From Candidatus Thorarchaeota archaeon (lineage in GTDB: Archaea; Asgardarchaeota; Thorarchaeia; Thorarchaeales; Thorarchaeaceae): a DNA stretch of 64,000 nucleotides. The stretch lies in NCBI GenBank assembly GCA_016933575.1, contig JAFGAR010000005.1, positions 1-64,000 of the forward strand. Reading direction: 5' to 3'. The stretch's first letter is position 1. Each line of letters opens with the position of its first letter. Below are positions 51,432 to 59,636 of the stretch, piece by piece. The notes beneath the pieces are model-generated. The model worked only from the letters and a program-made list of their open reading frames with translations, did not search any database and was not told the origin of the DNA. Made by a program: the position numbers and the translations under genes.

Positions 51432-52727
51432 ATGAAGATCAAGTATTTTCTGGAAACATATGGCTGTTCCCTCAATTCAGCTGATTCAGATATTATTGCT
51501 GGAAGACTGCAAGATATCGGCGCTCATCGGACTACTGATGAAAAGAAGGCTGCTGTCATCATTTTGAATACGTGCGGTGTGAAGGAACCTACTGAAGATC
51601 GAATTATCTACAGGCTTGAAGAACTGGCAAAAGGAGAAACGCCAATAGTAATTGCAGGGTGCCTACCTAAAATCTCCTTAGATCGCATACTACGGGCAAT
51701 ACCTACCTATGCAGCAATACTCGGTCCTCAATCCATCGACTCAATGATTGATGTTCTTCCTAGAGTCCTACGTGGCGAGCGCGGGATTGTTCATCTGGAA
51801 TCCAGTTTCGAATCTAAATTGAAATGGTTACAAGCCCCTTCCAATGGTGTGATATGCACAATTCCTATCTGTGAAGGGTGTTTGGGGAATTGCTCCTATT
51901 GCGCTGTGCGATTTGCTCGAGGTCAGGTCAAGAGTCATCAACCCCGAGAGATATGTAAGACGATAACAAAATGTGTTCGATCTGGACATAGGGAGATTCG
52001 AATCACGTCACAAGACTTGGGTGTGTACGGTATTGATATCCAAAGCGATTTGATATCGCTCTTGAAACAGATTGATGAGATCCCTGGGGACCACCGATTT
52101 AGGCTTGGCATGTTCAATCCCAATCTTGTTCTAGAATCCATCTCAGCTCTCATTGATGTAATGGATTCTGACCATTTCTTCAAATTCTTCCATGTTCCTT
52201 TACAATCAGGCAGTGATATAATTCTAAAAGAAATGAAACGCTTGTACAGTGTTAATAATTGGGAATATGTCGTAAACACCATCCGTTCTTCTTTTAGTAA
52301 TGCAACGATTGCGACTGACATCATTGTTGGGTTTCCTGGAGAAACTGATGAAGACTTTGAGTTGACGATGGACTTGATACGAAGAGTTCACCCTGCTGTG
52401 GTCAATATCTCAAAGTATGGCGATCGTCCTGATACATTGGCATCTAAGAGACAGGACAAAGTGGACACATCCATCAAAAAGAAACGCAGTCAACTTCTGA
52501 CAAGGCTTGTGAACAAGATTATTCTTGAAAACAATGAATCCTGGTTGGATTGGACCGGACTTGTTCTAGTAACAGATAGAGGATTACGTGGTGGATATCT
52601 GTGCAGAAACTATGCCTACAAACCCATCATTGTACACGATAGACTCGCATTAGGTTCCACTGTAGAAGTTCGTATTGTTGATGCTAAACGCACTCATCTC
52701 GTGGGTGAAACTATCTCTTCAGTTTGA
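51432..52727 (+). CDS. tRNA t6A37 methylthiotransferase (archaeal MtaB/CDKAL1-like)
   Basis: ETYGCSLNSADS, NTCGVK, EGCLGNCSYC, HVPLQSGS, DIIVGFPGET, TRAM domain. Confidence 0.9.
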   Translation: MKIKYFLETYGCSLNSADSDIIAGRLQDIGAHRTTDEKKAAVIILNTCGVKEPTEDRIIYRLEELAKGETPIVIAGCLPKISLDRILRAIPTYAAILGPQSIDSMIDVLPRVLRGERGIVHLESSFESKLKWLQAPSNGVICTIPICEGCLGNCSYCAVRFARGQVKSHQPREICKTITKCVRSGHREIRITSQDLGVYGIDIQSDLISLLKQIDEIPGDHRFRLGMFNPNLVLESISALIDVMDSDHFFKFFHVPLQSGSDIILKEMKRLYSVNNWEYVVNTIRSSFSNATIATDIIVGFPGETDEDFELTMDLIRRVHPAVVNISKYGDRPDTLASKRQDKVDTSIKKKRSQLLTRLVNKIILENNESWLDWTGLVLVTDRGLRGGYLCRNYAYKPIIVHDRLALGSTVEVRIVDAKRTHLVGETISSV

Positions 52728-53712
52728 CATCGATATTGACAACTTTCCCGGTTCTCGTACTCTCTCTCGTGCTTTCAACTATTTCCAGAGCACAGAGTGC
52801 ATCATCGATACTTACTCTTGGTGTTTTTCCACTCTTTACACATGAAATGAAATCAATGAGTACTTCTCTTACAGGCTCTCCATATACTTTGATTGTTGCG
52901 CCTCTCTCAGGAAGCTTGATAGTATCACTCGCCGCCATAGGTTCTTGGTCTAAATTCTGAATCTTAATGATTTGAGCAAAGAGATCCAGTGTGAGTGACC
53001 CCTTAGTTCCTGAAACATCCATGTATCTTCTTCTTCCTGTGTATTCCCTAGAGAGGTGAAAGACATGCTGTGTTCCTGATTCAAAATTCACCAACACTGT
53101 GCCACTGTTGTATATGCCACCTTCCTCCTTAGATTGAGCATAAAGCGTTGCTTTTCCATGACTGATACGTGCCATAATATCAAAATCATGAACGCCTATG
53201 TCTTCATAGACATCTCCAAGAGATGGGATTCTCGAAGGTTGTACGAAACCCCGTCTATCATGAATCACAGTACGAGGAACTCCAATAGCATCAGTCTTGA
53301 TCAATAAGAGCGCCTTTGTCACAATTGGATTATAGATCTCAGAATGCGAGACCTGGGTGACCACGCCTTTTTTGTTGACAATCTCTGCTACTTTTTTAGC
53401 ATCCTCCAATGTGCTTGCTAGGGGTTTTTCAATAAGGAGGCCTCGAACACAATCGTATTTCGATAGGATTTCCTTTGCAATTGCTGCATGTGATGAAGTT
53501 GGTGTAGAAATAATCAGGGCATCTGGAGTAGTATCTTCAATAAGTTCCTCATAACTACTGAACGCTGGAATGCCGTATGATTTTGCTACATCTGTTGCTG
53601 TATCCATATTTGTATCAGCCACACCAGCTAGAACACCCATATCACTCAGAATCCGTGCATGAATGCGTCCCATATTACCAGTGCCAACGATACCTATCTT
53701 TAAGGATGTCAT
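52711..53712 (-). CDS. Gfo/Idh/MocA oxidoreductase
   Basis: GIVGTGNMG, STPTSSH, IEKPLA, DIGVHDFD. Confidence 0.9.
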   Translation of the reverse strand: MTSLKIGIVGTGNMGRIHARILSDMGVLAGVADTNMDTATDVAKSYGIPAFSSYEELIEDTTPDALIISTPTSSHAAIAKEILSKYDCVRGLLIEKPLASTLEDAKKVAEIVNKKGVVTQVSHSEIYNPIVTKALLLIKTDAIGVPRTVIHDRRGFVQPSRIPSLGDVYEDIGVHDFDIMARISHGKATLYAQSKEEGGIYNSGTVLVNFESGTQHVFHLSREYTGRRRYMDVSGTKGSLTLDLFAQIIKIQNLDQEPMAASDTIKLPERGATIKVYGEPVREVLIDFISCVKSGKTPRVSIDDALCALEIVESTRESTRTGKVVNIDVKLKR

Positions 53713-53948
53713 ACTAATCTACTCCGGTAGGGCTAAGGAACTCGGTTGATAATCTTCCTTTATACATTGTCATGAGTCAGATACAATGTCTATACCAATT
53801 CAATGGTCAAATCTGCCGCTTGTTTGCATGATGGCTTTAAATTTCAGGGTCTCTACTATATACTGAACCAAAGTACTACACCCTCCCCGTGTTTGGGACC
53901 TCAACGCGTTATATCTGCTTTGACGCTCTTATGACAACTCCCTCCCTC

Positions 53949-54003
53949 GGACCCACCTGTGGACGCAGCACAGATCCGCCTCAATCTTGCTGTAGGTGGG
54001 TCC
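53949..54003. ncRNA. Candidate structured RNA (long GC-rich hairpin)
   Basis: ggacccacct/aggtgggtcc perfect 10-bp stem, then gcagca/tgctgt and agat/atct inner stems. Confidence 0.35.
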
Positions 54004-54006
54004 TAT

Positions 54007-54102
54007 TAGATTGTCAGACTTGTTCTATCAATTAACTAGATTGACAAGATCCCAGATGATAGATTGACATGAACGAAATAAAATCTTGACAGATTGCAAT
54101 CT
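54007..54102 (+). promoter_or_regulatory. Repeated TAGATTG(T/A)CA boxes and AGATTGCAATCT palindrome upstream of CDGSH gene
   Basis: Copies at 54007, 54037 and 54060; perfect palindrome at 54091-54102. Confidence 0.5.
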
Positions 54103-54142
54103 TAAAATAGAATTTTACTATCTGTTTCACAGTTGTGATATT

Positions 54143-54784
54143 ATGAATAAGAATCAGAAACCAATGGTCGTCTTTGATATGTATGGACCCTATATGATTG
54201 TAGGTGCACCAAAGGTAGTGAACTCAAAGGGTAAGGCTATCGATATGGGTCTTGTAACTGCATTCTGTAGATGTGGGAAATCTGAAAACAAACCTTATTG
54301 TGATGGCACTCACTCGAAAGTTGGTTTCTCTGGGGAAAAAGACCCTGATAGGCGTGAGGATACGGTAGTTGAATTCAAGGGAAAAGACATCACTATCCTG
54401 GACAATAGAGGGGTCTGTTCTGCTGATGGTGCCTGTGTTCGAGAGAGTCCTGAGGTCTTTCAGAAGGACAAGAAACCTGCATGGATCTTTCCTGATAATG
54501 GACCTGTGAGGAAGACCATCAAGACTATCGAGAAGTGCCCCTCCGGCGCACTCAGCTATAAGATTGGAACCCAGCGCATTCAAGACCTGCAACGCAAGCC
54601 TGCAATCAAGATTGCAAAAGACGGTCCCCTCGAATTTGTGGGATGGATTGAGCTAATCGATGATCAAGGATCGAAACCAGAATCCAGCGAACACTATACT
54701 CTCTGTCGTTGCGGCGCGTCAAAGAACAAGCCATTCTGTGACAACTCTCATAAGAAAGTAGACTTCAAGGATTCAAAGAACTGA
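54143..54784 (+). CDS. CDGSH iron-sulfur protein (CDGSH - divergent ferredoxin - CDGSH)
   Basis: CRCGKSENKPYCDGTH and CRCGASKNKPFCDNSH flanking CSADGAC...CPSGAL. Confidence 0.92.
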   Translation: MNKNQKPMVVFDMYGPYMIVGAPKVVNSKGKAIDMGLVTAFCRCGKSENKPYCDGTHSKVGFSGEKDPDRREDTVVEFKGKDITILDNRGVCSADGACVRESPEVFQKDKKPAWIFPDNGPVRKTIKTIEKCPSGALSYKIGTQRIQDLQRKPAIKIAKDGPLEFVGWIELIDDQGSKPESSEHYTLCRCGASKNKPFCDNSHKKVDFKDSKN

Positions 54785-54825
54785 TAGTTCATTCATCTTT
54801 GTCCTGTTTTGAGTGAAATAAAAAA

Positions 54826-54904
54826 GAGAACTGGCACAGTAAGACGCATCGTTGGGGCCTTCATCCAACAAGTTGAGGATTCTTGTATGTGCCTATTTGT
54901 TCTC
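54826..54904. ncRNA. Candidate structured RNA of about 80 nt
   Basis: Nested stems gagaac/gttctc, ggcaca/tgtgcc, aaga/tctt and gttgg/ccaac. Confidence 0.35.
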
Positions 54905-55260
54905 ATGATATCATTTATGAAATCAGTATATAATAAAAAGCCACAAGACGGGGTCACATTATATAGTCCCAGATAGCAATCACATCTTGTTACTATTAAG
55001 GTCACCAAATTAATGGTTGTTATCTTTTAATTCCGTTTCCAAGCTACTCACGGACATGATTTGACTATCTTGGCAAAAGAGGACCCTGTACACAAGTTCT
55101 TAAGCAAACTTTCTGAGCTTCATCTTGCAGGTACACGAGAAGCATGAAGCGTTTTCTATCGTAGGAATGGTCGAGAGTTTTTTTTTCAATCATCGCAAAT
55201 TTCACAGAAGGACACACTAGTTTTGACGACTTGCATATCGCATTTAGCGAGTGAATAATA

Positions 55261-55860
55261 ATGGGTTATGAAGAACGTGAGCCAATTGAGGCTACTGTGG
55301 CTGAACTAAAGCCACGAATGAAGAATGTCACCATTTCTTTCAAGGTGATCAGCATGGGTGAAGAGCGTGAGATCGAATCTCGTAATGATGGAGGATCTCA
55401 CCGTGTCTGTGACATCACTGTTGGTGACGCAAGCGGAACTGTTCAGGTTCCACTCTGGGATGAAGCTATTGATAACATTACAGAAGGCGGTAGCTACAAT
55501 CTGACTAATGGATACACTGGGCTCTTTCGAGGAAATCTGCGATTGAATGTTGGTAGATACGGCAAACTTGAGCAGGCTGAAGAAGCTATTGAGGATGTCA
55601 ACATGAGCATTGACATGTCCGCTGAGGAACACGAGGACGACCGACCACGAAGAAGTTTTGGTGGAGGCGGTGGCCGAAGTGGAGGCGGTGGTTATGGTGG
55701 CGACCGACGAGGCGGCGGCGGTGGTTACAGCGGCCGAAGTAGCGGTGGTGGCTATGGCGGAGACCGGCGTGGAAGTAGCGGTGGTTATGGTGGTCGCGAC
55801 CGAAGAAGCGGCAGCGGCGGTTATGGCGATAGTGGTGGCGACAGTCGTCGCAGATACTAG
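55261..55860 (+). CDS. ssb: Crenarchaeal-type single-OB SSB with long Gly/Arg/Tyr-rich tail
   Basis: ELKPRMKNVTI...VGDASGTVQVPLWD...LRLNVGRYG followed by GGYGGDRR repeats. Confidence 0.88.
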   Translation: MGYEEREPIEATVAELKPRMKNVTISFKVISMGEEREIESRNDGGSHRVCDITVGDASGTVQVPLWDEAIDNITEGGSYNLTNGYTGLFRGNLRLNVGRYGKLEQAEEAIEDVNMSIDMSAEEHEDDRPRRSFGGGGGRSGGGGYGGDRRGGGGGYSGRSSGGGYGGDRRGSSGGYGGRDRRSGSGGYGDSGGDSRRRY

Positions 55861-55904
55861 AAGCCAAACTTGAAAGTGATTAAATGCAGCAATAGCTGCT
55901 CAAT

Positions 55905-55946
55905 TGTGGGTAATCATTAAGGTTACTCACAAATCCTTATTTTTTG
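55905..55946 (+). terminator. Hairpin plus T-tract after ssb
   Basis: ttgtgggtaatc-attaa-ggttactcacaa followed by ttatttttt. Confidence 0.5.
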
Positions 55947-56039
55947 AGTTACATACCTATTGCAATTTCTTTGAAGAAAGTAGTGCAAAGGGTTAGTTTT
56001 ACCGGTAAAATCGAACAGCACTGGTTCGAAGTAGAAGCA

Positions 56040-56906
56040 CTAGAAATCGAAGATATCGTATGTTTCTTTCTCTAATTGATTGTTGCAGAAACCAAGAGTT
56101 ATAGGAATCTCTACAGACTCGTCTTGACCCCACGGAATATTCAAAGTGACCTTGAGACTGACCTCATTTCTTATGATTGGTCTGTTGAAAGTAGCCTGCA
56201 TCGATTCATCTGTATCGAGTTGTATATCCATCCAGACCCCCCTCTGAACCTCATCGTCATCTATGGATTGTTTAGCAAGTGTCTTCCATGAATTTCGCTC
56301 AAGTTTCCCTGCATGAACGATCTCATCTGATTTCAATTCTACACGTACTTCTCGTATCTTTGCGTCGTGAGCGACTCGAAATCTCAGAGAAACTGGGTCT
56401 CCTAGACAAAAGCTATTATTCTCAATCTCTACATCTAGAACTGGGTATCCATCTCTTTCAGCGCACTGATGCTGAAGTTGTTGAGGCAATTTTTCCATTG
56501 CCTGTCTGAAATCAAGATCTTTTTTTTCCTTGAGGTCACTTGCCCATGAGATCTCAACTACAGCCTCTAATGTGTACTCGATCCAACCATTTCTACCAGA
56601 GTAACTACTTAGAGTCCCCTCAGAATTATCCGGGAATTGAAAACTAAATGGTAATCGTTTCTCTCCAGCTTGCATACTTCCAGCTTCTTGCAGATAAGAT
56701 GTGTCTTCAAAATATACATGCTCATCAGTATGAACGTGGGTCGTCTTTCCAGTGCTAACTACTATACGAGTATGTTCACGCCCCTTGAAGGTAATGTGAA
56801 TTCCGTTATGTTTGAAGTCATCATCGCACTTTATGATGACATGCCCCTCCACAGTTTCTCCAGCTTTGTACTGAGTTTTTGTTGCTATAATCTCTACATC
56901 TCTCAT
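56040..56906 (-). CDS. Arrestin-fold (arrestin-N/SpoOM/VPS26-like) protein
   Basis: YKAGETVEGHVII...FKGREHT...LPFSFQFP...SSYSGRNGWIEYTLEAVV plus a second beta-sandwich (FCLGDPV...IPITLG). Confidence 0.8.
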   Translation of the reverse strand: MRDVEIIATKTQYKAGETVEGHVIIKCDDDFKHNGIHITFKGREHTRIVVSTGKTTHVHTDEHVYFEDTSYLQEAGSMQAGEKRLPFSFQFPDNSEGTLSSYSGRNGWIEYTLEAVVEISWASDLKEKKDLDFRQAMEKLPQQLQHQCAERDGYPVLDVEIENNSFCLGDPVSLRFRVAHDAKIREVRVELKSDEIVHAGKLERNSWKTLAKQSIDDDEVQRGVWMDIQLDTDESMQATFNRPIIRNEVSLKVTLNIPWGQDESVEIPITLGFCNNQLEKETYDIFDF

Positions 56907-57002
56907 GTAGACACACTCTTCATGTATTGAAGGTGTGTTCATCCGAAACCTTTTGATATTTGCGAAAACTCGTGTGTACTGAAATTTGTTTCAAGAAGAC
57001 GA

Positions 57003-57126
57003 TGGTGCGGAGGGCGAGATTTGAACTCGCGAACTCCTACGAGAATGCCTTTTTGTGAAGATTTCACAGCCTCACAAAATCTAGGCCCTCAACCTAGCGC
57101 CTTTAACCAGGCTGGGCAACCTCCGC
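57003..57126 (-). tRNA. tRNA-Leu(GAG) with 36-nt intron (57045-57080) at position 43/44
   Basis: Removing the intron gives CTAGG-TT-GAG-GG-CCTAG-TCTCGTAGGAGTTC-GCGAGTTCAAATCTCGC; BHB-like GCCT/AGGC helix; CCA encoded. Confidence 0.9.
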
Positions 57127-57280
57127 ATATGATTGAACAAGGACCAACACTCCTTATTCCTGGCAAGCGCTTTAGGAGTATTGGATTATGGAGTTCATCG
57201 TTTTTCGTAAAGGTTTGCATGATAAGGATTTCTGTTGAATACAATTAGATGACTAACTGGTTATTCGTGCGATTATCGTC

Positions 57281-57937
57281 TCAGGCTCCATATTCTGACT
57301 GAAATACTCCTTTCTGTATAGAATATTTACTTCCGAGATAGCAGAATCCCGCCAGCAACACGATTAATAATCCATAGAACAAGAACGCATCAATTCATAT
57401 AATAGAAGTCGTAAAGATTAATCCAAAGATAGCCTGAGCTCGAGGCCAACTTCGGTACTCCTTGATGTTCCTAGTCAGAAACTTGAGGTCATGTCCATTC
57501 ATTCTACTTGGGTCTTGTGCAACAATTATCTGCAGATAGCGTTCAGAATTTGATATTTTATCTGGACCACTATGTAGCGCCAGTGAGAACACAAATGCCA
57601 CAACAAAGAACCCAACATTGGCATAACTTACTACATAGGTAACTAACGCTCCAAAGATAGATAAACTGAGTGAAATGAGTAGAAAGAGGGCAAATGGTCT
57701 ATTGCCGATAGCAGCTCCAATCCCTGGGCTCCATTTTGCCCCCTCACTAGGACTAACAAGTATTTTGTAAGATACACAGTTATCTGGAATTCCCTCCTCG
57801 TTTTTATTCAAGATTCTTGCACTGAATTGACCTGCTGTGTCAACCAGATCGAGTCGTCTAGCTCCTTCAAAGAGAACAAGACAGCCAATTCCTACTATCA
57901 AGAAATTAATGTATTCCATGACATCCCCTGAAAACAT
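57281..57937 (-). pseudogene. Membrane protein gene interrupted by an in-frame TGA at 57395-57397
   Basis: Same frame continues ...TTSII*IDAFLFYGLLIVLLAGFCYLGSKYSIQKGVFQSEYGA*, completing a TM hairpin. Confidence 0.5.
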
Positions 57938-57979
57938 TGTACATGAAGGCGTAAATACTTTCTAATAGCCTCTTTCTGT

Positions 57980-58270
57980 TCATTCTTCTGATATATCATA
58001 CATTGCTTCAATGCTTCTAAGATATTGGCCTGTAGTTGCGTCCCACACATTTGTGATCCTAAAGTCGTGTGAGATGAGTTCCTTTCCATTAGGCGACCAG
58101 TACCATCGGTTCATCTCGGCTTGGATTGTGACAATCTTTGTACCTGTGACTGTATCCCAGACGGTAGCTTCCGTTCCATAGTTTTTCCATGCAACAACTC
58201 TACTCTCATCGGGTGAAAATACCAAGTGATCAAAATCCTTCTCTAGATCTCTTACCAGTTGTTCGTTCAT
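57980..58270 (-). CDS. Short WD40-like repeat protein or fragment
   Basis: FSPDESRVV...TVWDTVTG and WSPNGKELI...NVWDATTG: only two blades. Confidence 0.6.
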   Translation of the reverse strand: MNEQLVRDLEKDFDHLVFSPDESRVVAWKNYGTEATVWDTVTGTKIVTIQAEMNRWYWSPNGKELISHDFRITNVWDATTGQYLRSIEAMYDISEE

Positions 58271-58657
58271 AGTAAAACGAGTTTTTGGAGACCTGGAGTC
58301 TTATATCTATAATCGGTTTGAATTGCGACCAATCCATGACAAAAGTAGAATTTCATTGGAACAGAAGGAATCACACCATAGTGATAATCCACTCTGTTCT
58401 CACATATTCAACTACTCTAATTAGCGAGTAGTACCAGCAAGCCACTCGAAGAAACCTAATTGGGTTTTCTTTTGGCTTTCTTTCTTGTCTTTTTTATAGT
58501 TCATTATTTTTCACCTTGTAACTATAGAGTTTCGTGGGACTGTGTATAAGGATGATGGAACCTGCACACCCATTAAGACCATGGTTTTATGGCATTCTAA
58601 GGCTGTTTTGAGCACAGGTTATTTTTCGGGGTCTTTTTGACATTTAGCAAAAAACAG

Positions 58658-58685
58658 AAATGGAGCCCCGGGTGGGATTCGAATT
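58658..58685 (-). repeat. Partial copy of the tRNA-Thr 3' end (att-like direct repeat)
   Basis: aaatggagccccgggtgggattcgaatt vs aaatggagccccgggcgggatttgaatt at 59448-59475 (26/28 identical). Confidence 0.85.
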
Positions 58686-58773
58686 GTATTTATTCTCTCA
58701 CTCAAGATGATTTCTTTGATAAGTAAGAAAGGATCTTTATCATATTTTCATCTTATTATCTGGTGAAAACAAA

Positions 58774-59433
58774 TTGGTCTTAAGAAAGAAAACTGGTCCC
58801 AGCGATTTTGATTCTGACTATTACTATGTAGATGATGATTGTTTAAAATTAGAAGGAATTCTCAGAACCAGAACAGAGTTTTCGAGTTGTAGAATCAAGA
58901 GGTTGTCTGTTGTTGATACTTTTGGTGGGAATCCCCCTTCATCAGAGGATCCATTTGCTGTCATTAGTGGTGAAGAATCTCTCATGGTATGGGTATATCC
59001 TTGGGAACTTGAAGCTCTCAGTAATCCTGATAATTTACTTGCCTATCTCACAGTTGAATCTGAACGGACTAAGATTGGAGATAAGTATGATTATACCATT
59101 CTAATACTTGGCGTGCTGATTATATTTATGGCCTTTACTCTGGTGACTAGCATATTGTTCTCGATAGGATATATACTAAATTCATTTCAGTCTGGAGTTA
59201 TTGTAGTATTGGTCATAACTTCTATTGGAATTGCCTTTGCATTTTATCGAACACTTAAACAAAAACGGAATCTATTAGTTGATTTAGATATCAGATATGC
59301 CAGAGAAACTACTGAATTCCGTGAGGCTCTTCGTATATTATCGAATCTTTCAGACCGCTACGATTTGATGGATATTACCAAGTATGTTCGACGCCACAAA
59401 ACCATTGAAGATGCGTTACTATCAGGTAGTTGA
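58774..59433 (+). CDS. Hypothetical 2-TM membrane protein inside the tRNA-Thr repeat-bounded islet
   Basis: AT-rich 219-aa ORF with GGTGA SD and TTG start. Confidence 0.6.
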   Translation: MVLRKKTGPSDFDSDYYYVDDDCLKLEGILRTRTEFSSCRIKRLSVVDTFGGNPPSSEDPFAVISGEESLMVWVYPWELEALSNPDNLLAYLTVESERTKIGDKYDYTILILGVLIIFMAFTLVTSILFSIGYILNSFQSGVIVVLVITSIGIAFAFYRTLKQKRNLLVDLDIRYARETTEFREALRILSNLSDRYDLMDITKYVRRHKTIEDALLSGS

Positions 59434-59450
59434 TTCTTGTGCATGAAAAA

Positions 59451-59556
59451 TGGAGCCCCGGGCGGGATTTGAATTCGCGTTCTGGTCCGAAATGAACCAA
59501 AAACCCGCGACGTTCTGCTTACGAAGCAGACGCTATAGCCGCTAAGCCACCGAGGC
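59451..59556 (-). tRNA. tRNA-Thr(CGT) with 30-nt intron (59474-59503) at position 53/54 (T arm)
   Basis: TCTGC-TT-CGT-AA-GCAGA anticodon arm; GCGGG|intron|TTCAAATCCCGC; CGCG/CGCG central helix with GG^T and AA^T cut sites; CCA encoded. Confidence 0.9.
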
Positions 59557-59636
59557 TCGCTTCAGAGCTCACCGCTTCAAATCGCTAATAAAACTTTATC
59601 ATGAAGCCCTGTTTATGTTGTCAACAGGTAAATCTG

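Noticed and set aside
55660-55857. GC-rich repeats as a CRISPR array or foreign DNA
   Set aside because: They are Gly/Arg codons in the ssb frame, with no repeat-spacer periodicity
56011-56030. TTCGAA-containing inverted repeat as a tRNA-Leu att remnant
   Set aside because: No match to the tRNA-Leu acceptor or T stem
57144-57184. 11-bp hairpin with AAA at the loop base as a SECIS for the TGA at 57395
   Set aside because: Lacks the AUGA/GA core and overlaps the expected tRNA-Leu promoter region
57021-57248. 75-aa ORF, and likewise 62165-62452
   Set aside because: Antisense to intron-containing tRNA genes or overlapping a real CDS
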